Shown here in pieces: positions 52,538 through 64,000 of a stretch of DNA of 64,000 nt. The stretch covers positions 78,058,001 through 78,122,000 of the forward strand of contig OX597828.1 of assembly GCA_951406725.2 (NCBI GenBank). Reading direction: 5' to 3'. The stretch is from Octopus vulgaris (lineage: Eukaryota). The first letter of the stretch is position 1; every line of letters starts with the position of its first letter. The notes beneath the pieces are model-generated. The model had not been told where the DNA came from. It saw nothing but the letters and a program-made list of their open reading frames with translations, and made no database searches. The translations under genes and the position numbers were made by a program.

Positions 52538-53231
52538 ATAAATAATATATATATATTTATATATGATAAATAATATATATATATATAAATATATATAATA
52601 AATAATATATATATATTTATATATGATAAATAATATATATATATATAAATATATATAATAAATAATATATATATATTTATATATGATAAATAATATATAT
52701 ATATTTATATATGATAAATAATATATATATATTTATATATGATAAATAATATATATATATATAAATATATATAATAAATAATATATATATATTTATATAT
52801 GATAAATAATATATATATATTTATATATGATAAATAATATATATATATTTATATATGATAAATAATATATATATATAAATATATATAATAAATAATATAT
52901 ATATATTTATATATGATAAATAATATATATATATTTATATATGATAAATAATATATATATATATAAATATATATAATAAATAATATATATATATTTATAT
53001 ATGATAAATAATATATATATATATAAATATATATAATAAATAATATATATATATTTATATATGATAAATAATATATATATATTTATATATGATAAATAAT
53101 ATATATATATAAAATATATATGATAAATAATATATATATATATCAATATATATGATAAATAATATATATATATATATATAAATATATAAAATAAATAATA
53201 TATATATATATATATATAAATATATAAAATA

Positions 53232-53262
<31 letters not shown>

Positions 53263-53287
53263 ATAAATATAATAAATAATATATATA
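52522..53287. repeat. AT minisatellite ((AT)n-TTATATATGATAAATAAT-type units)
   Basis: Directly visible. Confidence 0.9.
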
Positions 53288-56200
53288 TCATCATCATCAT
53301 CATCATTTAGCGTCCGTTTTCCATGCTAGCATGGGTTGGACGGTTCTACTGGGGTCTGTGGAAGCCGGAAGGCTTCATCAGGCCCAGTCATATCTGGCAG
53401 TGTTTCTACGGCTGGATGCCCTTCCTAATGCCAACCACTCCATGAGTGTAGTGGGTGCTTATTACGTGCCACCTGCACAGGTGCCAGACAGCGCTGGCAA
53501 ACGGCCACGAATGGATGGTGCTTTTACGTGCCACCCGCACGGGGGCCAGGCGAGGCTGGCAACGGACAAGAACGGATGGCCAGACGGGGCGGCGCCGACA
53601 ACGACCACGATCGGATGGTTCGCTTAACCACAGCTGCAATTTCCACTGATGTTGATCGACCTCAATTTTGGTTCTGCTTTCTGATATCTGATTTGATTTG
53701 GTTTGATTTTGATTTTGATTGTTCTCACTGGTCTTGCTGGGTCTTCTCACGCACAGTATACTTCCATAGGTCTCGGTCTCTAGTCATTTCCTTGGTGAGA
53801 CCTAAAGTTCGAAGGTTGTGCTTCACCACCTCGTCCCAGGTTTTCCTTGGTCTACCTCTTCCACAGGTTCCCTCAACTGCTAGGGTGTGGCACTTTTGCA
53901 CACAACTATCTTCACCCATTCTCGTCACATGCCCATACCAGCGCAGACGTCTCTTTTGCACACCACAACTGATGCTTCTTAGGTTCAACTTTTCTCTCAA
54001 GGTACTTACACTCTGTCGATTATGAACACTGACATTACACATCCATCGGAGCATACTGGCTTCATTTCTTGCGAGCTTACGCATATCCTCAGCAGTCACG
54101 GCCCATGTTACACTGCCATGTAGCATGGCTGTACGTACACAGGCATTATACAGTCTGCCTTTTACTCTGAGCGAGAGGCCTTTTGTCACCAGCAGGGGTA
54201 AGAGCTCTCTAAACTTTGCCCAGGCTATTCTTACTCTATCAGTTACACTTTCAGCACACCCACCCCCGCTACTGACTTGGTCACCTAGGTAGCGGAAGCT
54301 ATCAACTACTTCTAGTTTTTCTCCCTGGAACGTGGTAGAAGTTGGTCTCTGCACATTTTCAGTGTTTATTGCTCCTGAGCATCTGCCACAGAAAAAAACT
54401 ATTTTCCTAGTTAGCTTTCCTTTGACATTGCTACACCTCTTATGTGTCCAGAGCTTGCACTTGGTGCACCTTATAGAGTTTCTACCTACACCTTTTTTAC
54501 AGATCGAGCAGGACCATCTACCTGAAGGCGTTTGTGACTTGTCTACTTTCCTACTTATTAGGACTTTGGTTTTGGCTAGGTTGATTCTAAGGCCCTTCGA
54601 TTCTAAACCTTGCTTCCACACCTGAAACTTCTCCTCCAGTTCTGATAGTGACACAGCAATTAGAGCAAGGTCATCAGCATAGAGGAGCTCCCAGGCGCAT
54701 CCTGTCTTGAATTCCTCCGTTATTGCCTGGAGGACTATGATAAATAGGAGGGGACTGAGGACTGAACCTTGGTGGACCCCAACCTCAACCCGGAATTTTC
54801 ACTGTACTCGTTGCCAACCCTCACCTTACTAGCAGCGTCTCTGTACATGTCTCACACAGCTCTCACTAACCATTCATCTATCCCTAGTTTCCTCATTGAC
54901 CACCAGATAAGGGATCGGGGACCCTGTCAAAGGCTTTCTCCAAGTCAACAAAAGCCAGGGACAGAGGCCTATCTTTGGCTAGGTATTTCTCCTGCAGCTG
55001 TCTTACCAGAAATATGGCATCAGTGGTGCTTTTCCCTGGCACAAAACCAAACTGCATCTCATCTAAGCTAATTCTCTCTCTAATTAGTTGGGCTATAACC
55101 CTCTCCGTAACCTTCATTACCTGATCCAGCAGCTTGATACCTCTGTAGTTATTTGTATCTAGGGCGTCACCTTTACCTTTGTAGCAGTTGACTATTATGC
55201 TGCTACACCAGTCATTGGGTATGACTCCTACGTGTATCACCTGGTTAACTATATGGGTGACTAGGCTATAGCCGACACTACCAGATATTTTGAGCATCTC
55301 TGCAGTAATACCTGATGGGCCTGGGGCTTTCTCTGTTTTCATGCTTGTAATTGCCTTAACTACTAAGGAACTGTCAACTCGGATTGCCGGTCCCTCTGTT
55401 GGGTCGACATTCGGCAGACTCTCTTTATCCCATTCATTTTCCTCATTCAGCAACCTTTCATAGTGGCTTCTCCAAACCTCTCTCTTTGCATCCTCATTTA
55501 GCGCAAGTGAACCATCATCCTTACGAACACATTTCTCTTCTACCACGTCACGATTCTCTTTCACACACTGTCTTGCAACACGAAATACCTTAATTCTTTC
55601 ATCCTCCCGGCGCAGGACATTGGCAAATTTTTTCTTATCAGCTTCCCCTCTGGCTAAATGAACCTGCCTCCTAGCTTCCCTTCTGGCAGTCTGATACACT
55701 TCCCTGCTACCTCCGTTCTTCCAGTCCTTCCAAGCCTGTTTCTTTTGTCTAATAGCCCTGTCAACAATATTGTTCCACCACCACGTTATTTTGGGTCTTG
55801 AGGGGACTTTGCACCAGCCACAGATCTGGTCAGTGGCTTTCAGCAGGTTGTCCCTTAGAAGCGTCCAGTTGTCTTCTACACTATGTGTAGCTATACCCAC
55901 TTCTATTTCGTCAAAGGCTTCAAGTAACATGTCTCTAAATCTCTGTTCATTCGTAGGGTCTTTAAGCTTCCAGACCCTTCTTCTCCATGTTGGTCGTCTT
56001 CTAGTCGCCCTCTTAGTCCTGATCCTAAAGTCACTAACTACCAGTCTATGTTGTGGGATGCATTTATAAGCAGCCATCTTTCCCTTTTTCTGGCAAGGAT
56101 TTAGTCGATTTGGCTAGTATGCCGGCCCGATCGGTAGGTGACCAGGTGGCTTGTCGGTTTCCTGAAGTTAGTGTTGCAAACCATAAGACTATTCGCATCG

Positions 56201-56778
56201 CAGAACTCCAGCAGCCTGGTTCCCTCCTTGTTGCGAGAACCATAACCGTAGCCTCCATGCACGCCATGGAAGCCCCCAGCACACCGTCCAACATGCCCAT
56301 TGAAGTCACCAGCCACAAAGAGAAGGTCCCTGTCGTTCGTCAATGAGGTGGTCTGCAGTAGGGTGTCATAGAAACAGTCTTTCTGTCCATCGGGTAGCCC
56401 TGGCTGAGGGCCACAGGCCAATATAATAGTTGCTAAACTATGATGGAGCACTAATCTAATCTTAAGTATTCTGTCACATACTCTGACTACCTCAATTACC
56501 TTACCTACCCATTTTTCGGCGATAAGCATACCCACACCCCCGACCCCATCAGTATTCCCAGCCCAGAAAATCTTGTACCACTGTCCTTTGCCTGTGAGGA
56601 ACCTAGCAGAACCTCCTCTCCACCTCACTTTTTGAATGCAGCGTATATCAACACACCTACGTTGAAGCAATTCAACGATCTCGCCAGATCTGCCTTTCAG
56701 TGTGCCAATGTTGAGGGTGCCAACCCTGAGGGTGTGGGTGTTGGTGGTATTGACCTTAGTAGCGTCATGGACCTGAAA
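53288..56778 (-). mobile_element. Near full-length RTE LINE (APE endonuclease plus RT plus PHD), frameshifted
   Basis: ORF 56101-56928 has VGTLNIGTL, IQKVRW, AGDFNGHVG, TYRSG..SQID; ORF 54893-56077 has tether and RT N-part; ORF 53725-54654 has RT C-part; (CAT)n tail at 53288. Confidence 0.95.
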
Positions 56779-56852
56779 AGAAAAATCACGTTTGGCAGGA
56801 TTCATAGACAAACAATAAAACTCAAGTTCAAACCGCGTACACAACACTAACA

Positions 56853-56986
56853 TATCTTGCAATGAATGAACACTACCTTTTATGGAAGGAGTTGGGGGTG
56901 GCGTAAGACTTTGAAGTGTATCTTGCAATGAATGACCACTACCTTTTATGGAAGGAGGTGGGGGTGGCGTAAGACTTTGAAGTGTA
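56853..56986. repeat. 66-bp tandem duplication (2 copies)
   Basis: tatcttgcaatgaatga.cactaccttttatggaagga..tgggggtggcgtaagactttgaagtg at 56853 and 56919. Confidence 0.9.
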
Positions 56987-57441
56987 CAAGGGAGACAACA
57001 AGGATGAGAAACTTTTTAGGAATTCCTGTACCGGTGGAGGGCGGGTGCATTCCTTTCTTGGAGAGAAATACTTATTAGTAGGTATAAAATAACTAAATTT
57101 CAAAGAGAGATATTTTGCCTATCTATGGGAGATGCGTGAGCTATATTTATCTTAGCGATAAGGAGCTATAAATTATAAATACATTTATTCTATTTTTAAC
57201 GAGACGTGAGGCTGATCGATAAGATTAGGGGTGAGCTATAGGATTATATATATATTTAACACAAGACATGAGACATCGATATATTAAGATGAACTATAAG
57301 GGAAATTACTCTGTTATAACTCTGCTTTGCCTGCGTACTTATATATTTTTCGTCATAAAAATATATAAAATACATAAAAATATATAAAAATATATAAAAA
57401 ATATATAAAATCTTCTTGGGACATAACACAGAAAGCATGTT

Positions 57442-59232
57442 CTATCCGTTTTCTTTAGGGGACCAAAAACGTAACAGAAATTTAGTCACATGTGGGCATG
57501 ATCCGAAAAGCTCTGTCCTTGTATTTAGACATGTGGTAGGGTCTAAGCTGCTTTTCCAGATAAGCCATCTCTCCATGTCGCATAAACCGCACCTTCCGCT
57601 GCCGTTAGTGTAGGGCTTACATCTGGCCAAAATCTTCCATTGTATGTTATAATCGACACCTTTATCTCTTAAAGACCAAATATGATTGGATAATTGTGTC
57701 GCTTTTCTTTTGTTCCAGTGCCTAAAGCTCAAAGTGTGGTTATTGAACCTGGCCTTGAAATTACCCTCTGTCAGGCCCACGTATTTCTTCGTCGAAACGG
57801 TGTCTTTAGTGGTTATAGAGTTTACAGTAGCTTCATATATGATGGTCTTGGACATGCAAGCTCCATTTAGCGGGCACAATTCTTTATTCCTGCATGAACA
57901 GCTGTTTTCTTCTTGTGTTTTTTGTATGTTATGATTGATTATGTTTTTAAAATTGGTAGTTGAACTAAAACTAATTTTTAAATTGTGTCTATTGAAGAGT
58001 TTCCTATAAGCATGGTTAACTGGAAAATGTCTATCTATCAGTGCTAGGAAATATTTACCTATATTGAAGGCCACCTCGGGTGAGTAAGGGGGCGTAAACC
58101 AGATGACCTTCCTATTTCTATTATTCCTTTTCCTTACTGTTGGGCTGGTGATAGGTGTATATTTTATTTTTTCGCTAAAACCACTATCTTTTAAAGCTTT
58201 ATTATAAACTGGGGCAACGCTATTGAAGATGTCCTCATTAGATGAGAGGCTAGAAATCCTCTTACTAATATTTTTAACTAAATTTTTGAATACTATAGGG
58301 GGATGGCATGAACCTACATTAATATAACTTAGTCTATCATTGGGCTTCCTATAAGGCTTATAAATATTATTATTAAGATCTAAGGAAACGTCTAAGAAAT
58401 TGACAACCGTCAGGTTAGTGTCTATAGTTATACTAAGTCCGAAGTGTTTCATTAACTGGATAATATCCTTCCTAAAACGATCTTGTGCTGGTCCATTTGT
58501 ATTAGCTGTTAAGGCGAGGGCATCATCTTTGTAGATGGCGAAATGTACGTTAGGGAATGTCTTACCGAAGGTATCTAGGAGAAAGAGTCCAATTAGATCA
58601 CAGATGCCTGCCCCATCATATGAACCCATGCTCACATCGAAAGCGCCCTCCGTGTCGGTGTTTTTTACCCACTTTGCATTCTCACTGAAAAGTAATGTCT
58701 TTCTAGCATGGAAGATTATATCCTTATCATTGGTACTAATTTCTATGAAGTCACTAGCGAAGATTAGGGCTTTATCTAGCAGTTCTTTAGAGATAGAGGC
58801 ATAAAAATCAACAATATCGAATTGTGTAAACCTCGCTTTTTTCTTATTCTTAATAGCTTTAAACCAGTCTACGACTTCTATACTATTGGACCATTGCACT
58901 AGCCTAGTATCGGTCTTAATTTTCGTATTTATTTTATCTAAAATTTCTTTGCTAATAATCCCTAGTTCTGACTTGGCTGGGTTGATAAGCCTACATTTAG
59001 GGTTGGAAAGGAAGTTTTCTTTGTGATCTTTAATAGTAATAAAGGCCTCTTTTTGGGGGAGGGTTTCTATTTTTTTATCTAATTTAAGTTTAGCGGCGAT
59101 GACGCTAGCTTCTTTATTAATTTCGTTATATGTCTGTGCCCTAGCCTTAGTATAATTATTAGTAATGCTGTTGTGTAAGAGTTGTGTGTATTTGCTGTTA
59201 TCTACCAGGTATAAGTTCTTGGTTTTATCCGA
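57442..59232 (-). CDS. Penelope-like element RT plus GIY-YIG endonuclease (Naiad-like), 5'-truncated, open for about 597 codons
   Basis: The frame stays open upstream of the annotated start (SDKTKNLY, AFITIKDHKENF, CRLINPAKSELG). It continues with FDIVDFY, MGSYDGA, YKDD, FLDV, YRKP, CSC..CPL.G.C, IIY...YVGLT..FKARF..H and CGLC. Confidence 0.88.
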   Translation of the reverse strand, partial: SDKTKNLYLVDNSKYTQLLHNSITNNYTKARAQTYNEINKEASVIAAKLKLDKKIETLPQKEAFITIKDHKENFLSNPKCRLINPAKSELGIISKEILDKINTKIKTDTRLVQWSNSIEVVDWFKAIKNKKKARFTQFDIVDFYASISKELLDKALIFASDFIEISTNDKDIIFHARKTLLFSENAKWVKNTDTEGAFDVSMGSYDGAGICDLIGLFLLDTFGKTFPNVHFAIYKDDALALTANTNGPAQDRFRKDIIQLMKHFGLSITIDTNLTVVNFLDVSLDLNNNIYKPYRKPNDRLSYINVGSCHPPIVFKNLVKNISKRISSLSSNEDIFNSVAPVYNKALKDSGFSEKIKYTPITSPTVRKRNNRNRKVIWFTPPYSPEVAFNIGKYFLALIDRHFPVNHAYRKLFNRHNLKISFSSTTNFKNIINHNIQKTQEENSCSCRNKELCPLNGACMSKTIIYEATVNSITTKDTVSTKKYVGLTEGNFKARFNNHTLSFRHWNKRKATQLSNHIWSLRDKGVDYNIQWKILARCKPYTNGSGRCGLCDMERWLIWKSSLDPTTCLNTRTELFGSCPHVTKFLLRFWSPKENG

Positions 59233-59235
59233 AAA

Positions 59236-60620
59236 AAGGATATTATCCAGTTAATGAAACACTTCGGACTTAGTATAACTATAGACACTAACCTGACGGT
59301 TGTCAATTTCTTAGACGTTTCCTTAGATCTTAATAATAATATTTATAAGCCTTATAGGAAGCCCAATGATAGACTAAGTTATATTAATGTAGGTTCATGC
59401 CATCCCCCTATAGTATTCAAAAATTTAGTTAAAAATATTAGTAAGAGGATTTCTAGCCTCTCATCTAATGAGGACATCTTCAATAGCGTTGCCCCAGTTT
59501 ATAATAAAGCTTTAAAAGATAGTGGTTTTAGCGAAAAAATAAAATATACACCTATCACCAGCCCAACAGTAAGGAAAAGGAATAATAGAAATAGGAAGGT
59601 CATCTGGTTTACGCCCCCTTACTCACCCGAGGTGGCCTTCAATATAGGTAAATATTTCCTAGCACTGATAGATAGACATTTTCCAGTTAACCATGCTTAT
59701 AGGAAACTCTTCAATAGACACAATTTAAAAATTAGTTTTAGTTCAACTACCAATTTTAAAAACATAATCAATCATAACATACAAAAAACACAAGAAGAAA
59801 ACAGCTGTTCATGCAGGAATAAAGAATTGTGCCCGCTAAATGGAGCTTGCATGTCCAAGACCATCATATATGAAGCTACTGTAAACTCTATAACCACTAA
59901 AGACACCGTTTCGACGAAGAAATACGTGGGCCTGACAGAGGGTAATTTCAAGGCCAGGTTCAATAACCACACTTTGAGCTTTAGGCACTGGAACAAAAGA
60001 AAAGCGACACAATTATCCAATCATATTTGGTCTTTAAGAGATAAAGGTGTCGATTATAACATACAATGGAAGATTTTGGCCAGATGTAAGCCCTACACTA
60101 ACGGCAGCGGAAGGTGCGGTTTATGCGACATGGAGAGATGGCTTATCTGGAAAAGCAGCTTAGACCCTACCACATGTCTAAATACAAGGACAGAGCTTTT
60201 CGGATCATGCCCACATGTGACTAAATTTCTGTTACGTTTTTGGTCCCCTAAAGAAAACGGATAGAACATGCTTTCTGTGTTATGTCCCAAGAAGATTTTA
60301 TATATTTTTTATATATTTTTATATATTTTTATGTATTTTATATAATTTTTATGACGAAAAATGCGAGCGATGTATAAGTACGCAGGCAAAGCAGAGTTAT
60401 AACAGAGTAATTTCCCTTCATTTTTAACGGTATTTTTTCATAACGTTTTCAAATAGCCAGATAACCGAAGAGATGGTGTTGTGGATTTCCACTTCGGCAT
60501 CTGAAACTCAGAGTTTTATCTTGACTACCGAGTAATGTAACATATTGTATAGATAAATTTCCTCTATTTACATAATATTGAGGTCTCTTTCTTTCTTTTG
60601 TTATCTTACCGTTTTATCAA
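59236..60620 (+). mobile_element. Inverted second arm of the same Penelope-like element (thumb plus GIY-YIG, ORF 59254-60264, 3' UTR and tail)
   Basis: The 336-aa translation is identical to the C-terminal part of the minus-strand ORF; ends at (TA)n. Confidence 0.92.
60459..60521 (+). ncRNA. Hammerhead-like motif in the Penelope 3' region (U4C core variant)
   Basis: agataa CCGAAGA gatg...catc t GAAA ctcagag TT ttatct; 6-bp stem I, near-palindromic ACTC.GAGT stem III. Confidence 0.6.
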
Positions 60621-60970
60621 TATATATATATATATATATATAAAACACGAGGCGTGAGGTGAAATACACAAGTCATAACATAATAGAGATAAACAGGGCT
60701 AAATAAAGATCAAATCAATTGCACAGAAATATTTTGGTAGGTACGGGCTGAAATTAAATTAATTGCTTAGCTTGAATTCATTTTTCGTACGAAGTTGACA
60801 GCAACAGTTTGAATCAAGAGTGGGACCGTTATTAATCAGTCGCTGGTGTATATGCGTATAGGGTGGTGGAGAAGGGAAGTCGAATAGCAATCGAAAGAGA
60901 TAGAAGACAATGTGAAGAAGAAATAGAGAAAAACAAATTGAGAGTGGGGGGGGTTGCGGCCCATGAAAAC

Positions 60971-61099
60971 TATATATATATATATATAATAAATATAATA
61001 AATAGTATATATATATATAATAAATATAATAAATAGTATATATATATATATATATATAAAATATAGTAAATAATATATATATAGAATAAATATAATAAA

Positions 61100-61151
<52 letters not shown>

Positions 61152-61411
61152 GTAATAAATAAATGTAATAAATAATATATATATATATAGAATAAATATA
61201 ATAAATTATATATATATATATATATATAGAATAAATATAATAAATTATATATATATATATAATAAATATAATAAATAATATATATATATAATAAATATAT
61301 ATATATAATAAATATATATATATAATAAATATATATATAGAATAAATATAATAAATTATATATATATATATATATAATAAATATAATAAATAATATATAT
61401 ATATAATAAAT

Positions 61412-61473
<62 letters not shown>

Positions 61474-62053
61474 ATAAATATAATAAATATATATATATAT
61501 ATAATATATATAATAAATATAATAAATAATATATATATATATAATAAATATAATAAATATAATAAATAATATATATATATATAATAAATAATATATATAT
61601 ATAATAAATATAATAAATAATATATATATATATAATATATATAATAAATATATATATAATATATATATATAATAAATATAATAAATAATATATATATATA
61701 TATAATAAATATAATAAATAATATATATATATATATATAAATATAATAAATAATATATATATATATATAATAAATAATATATATATATATAATAAATATA
61801 ATAAATAATATATATATATATAATAAATATAATAAATAATATATATATATATATATATAAATATAATAAATAATATATATATATATATAATAAATATAAT
61901 AAATAATATATATATATATAATAAATATTATAAATAATATATATATATATATATATAAATATAATAAATAATATATATATATATATATAATAAATATAAT
62001 AAATAATATATATATATATAATAAATATAATAAATAATATATATATATATAAT
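60971..62053. repeat. AT minisatellite ((AT)n-AATAAATATAATAAATAAT units); resumes at 62266-62318 and 62840-62935
   Basis: Directly visible. Confidence 0.92.
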
Positions 62054-62265
62054 CAGCCTCGCCTGGCACCTGTGCAGGTGGCACGTAAAAAGCACCCACT
62101 ACACTCACGGAGTGGTTGGCGTTAGGAAGGGCATCCAGCTGTAGAAACATTGCCAGATTAGACTGGAGCCTGGTGCAGCCTTCTGGCTTCCCAGATCCCC
62201 GGTCGAACCGTCCAACCCATGCTAGCATGGAGAACGGACGTTAAACGATGATGATGATGATGATG
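62054..62265 (+). mobile_element. Young RTE 3' tail inserted in the AT minisatellite
   Basis: CpG-intact tail with (GAT)n. Confidence 0.85.
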
Positions 62266-62275
62266 AAATATAATA

Positions 62276-62317
<42 letters not shown>

Positions 62318-62322
<5 letters not shown>

Positions 62323-62839
62323 TGTAGTTGTGTGAGTGTCTGTCCCCTTCGATTTAGATTCCTAACTCCTCCCACATTTTGCGGTGCAGTTTAACCAAAT
62401 TCGGGTATCTTATAGTCGTGATTCATATCGAGCCCGTCTGACTATTAGCACGCGTCAACGATGAGTCTACGATTTTAAAAATAATTTAACATCATTTTTT
62501 ATTCCATTTTAATGCATAAAATGCATCGTGTGTCGATGGCAGCGGAGTTGGCGTCCACGCTCACAGCTGCACCTGTTTGCTTCTCCCCTTCTTCCCTCCC
62601 TCGTGAAGCTGTGGGGAAGGGAGTGTAAGGAAATCAAAGTCATAATGCGTTGTCGAGGAGACCAGCGTTCTTTTAGAACAACGACTTTATGGCTTGAAGA
62701 CACTGAGTCAACGATTTAAAAAAAAAAATATCATCATTTTTTATTCCATTTTTAATGCATTTTTTTGCTATAACTCTCTAAAAATGCTTATATAGTTATT
62801 TCCCTTACAAACCCGAGCAACGCCAGGCGATACTGCTAG
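62318..62839 (+). mobile_element. Non-autonomous Helitron-like element
   Basis: 3' cccgagcaacgccaggcgatactgCTAG then T; 5' end merges into (TA)n; internal ~55-bp direct repeat (62463 / 62705). Confidence 0.65.
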
Positions 62840-62937
62840 TATATAATAAATATAATAAATAATATATATATATATATATATAATAAATAATATATATATA
62901 TATATATATAAATATAATAAATAAAATATATATTCAT

Positions 62938-64000
62938 TAAGGAGGTAGCAGAGCGGAGGCCAAGAACTACAGACCTATCTCTCTGACCTCACACATCAGC
63001 ATGGTCATGGAATGAATAGTCAGAAGGAAACTGATCACCTTCCTTGAAGAAAATGACTTGCTGCCTGACACCCAACATGGTTTCCGACCAGGAAGAAGCT
63101 GCTTAACTCGGCTCCTACAACACTATGACTGGGTGCTGAAATGACTGCTCAACCACTCAAATGTGGAAGTCATATATCTCGACTTTGCAAAGGCCTTTGA
63201 TAAAGTCGATCATGGAATGATATGTCAAAAACTGCGTGATCTTAGCATAGTTGGAAAACTGGGAGAATGGCTTCATGACTTTCTGAAAGATAGAAGTCAG
63301 GTGGTAGTAGCCAATGGGGCCACTTCCATTAACACGCAAATAGTGAGCGGTGTTCCGCAGGGCACTGTTTTGGGACCACTACTATTAATAATGGCCCTCT
63401 CAGACATGCCCTCAGCCACGCAGAGAGCCACGATCACAAGTTATGCAGATGATACAAAAGTTTCACAGGCAATACAGAACCCTGAGGACACTAAACACCT
63501 GCAATGTGAGCTGGACGAAATATACAAGTGGGCTGAAAAGAATAGCATGCAGTTCAATGCTGAAAAGTTTCAAGCTTTATGCTATCAGCATGCAAAACTA
63601 AATGCAATACCCAATGAATACACTGGACCCGGAGGAATTGCAATCCCAGAGGCACAATCAGTGCGTGACCTGGGTATTTACATGAGTGATGACGCAACCT
63701 TTCGTGTACTTTGCTAAATTGGCAATGAAATGTAGACGACTGGCCGGATGGATTCTCAGAACCTTTAGAACAAGAGAAAAAGAAACCATGATGGTCCTCT
63801 GGAGGACACTTGTCCTAAGCCACTTTGACTATTGCTCTCAGCTATGGTCACCATCCAGTGTCAAGTTGATCACAGAACTTGAGGCGATCCAGCGTAGCTA
63901 CATGAAGAAGATAGCCTCTGTGCAGAATATAAGCTACTGGGAAAGACTCAAGAGATTAAAAGTCTATTCCTTGGAGCGTAGGCGATAGAGATATGCCATA
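62938..64000 (+). mobile_element. CR1-clade LINE RT pseudogene (runs off the window)
   Basis: NYRPISLTS, QHGFRPGRSC, YLDFAKAFDKVDH, SGVPQGTVLGP, YADDTK, RDLGI, DYCSQLWSP; internal stops and a frameshift. Confidence 0.9.

Noticed and set aside
56770-56790. Apparent splice acceptor (ttttcttttcag) on - directly upstream of the RTE endonuclease
   Set aside because: The tttcag is in frame as Phe-Gln with the RTE ORF and is probably element sequence at the truncation junction; no supporting donor or exon
57442-59232. Possible selenocysteine recoding, reported for some Naiad elements
   Set aside because: No in-frame TGA in the visible frame; it ends in TAG
1372-62228. Numerous short ORFs rich in HT/YI/CV dipeptides
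   Set aside because: Translations of (CA)n, (TA)n and (TG)n microsatellites, or antisense frames of transposon ORFs
53288-62265. Inverted RTE tails bracketing a 9-kb block, resembling a composite transposon
   Set aside because: The tails differ at many positions and look like independent insertions; no shared TSD visible

Overview
AT-rich, microsatellite-dense animal genomic DNA. It is most likely a cephalopod (Octopus-like), inferred from the SINE/LINE repertoire. No host protein-coding exon is recognisable; the window reads as intergenic or giant-intron DNA built almost entirely from mobile elements. These include four long RTE LINE copies plus many 3' tails, two CR1 fragments, a HERO-type restriction-like-endonuclease element, a decayed L1/Tx1-like piece and a mariner end. 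There are also hAT and piggyBac-like MITEs, non-autonomous Helitrons, several tRNA-headed SINE families, a 5-kb 20-bp satellite and AT minisatellites. The most striking signal is a Penelope-like (Naiad-like) RT+GIY-YIG element present as a 3.1-kb head-to-head fold-back, together with about ten minimal type I hammerhead ribozyme motifs read directly from the sequence. Some have the canonical CUGANGA core, several a U3:A8 covariant core, and most have palindromic stem III. They sit in short (TA)n-flanked cassettes; three small cassettes are also head-to-head palindromes, two of them with a ribozyme motif on each arm. Other oddities are hammerhead-like tandem units in the HERO 3' UTR, a candidate recursive splice site (polyY-AG/GTAAGT) and a PHD finger inserted in the RTE reverse transcriptase. 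All coordinates were read by eye and may be off by a few bases; no searches or folding were run.
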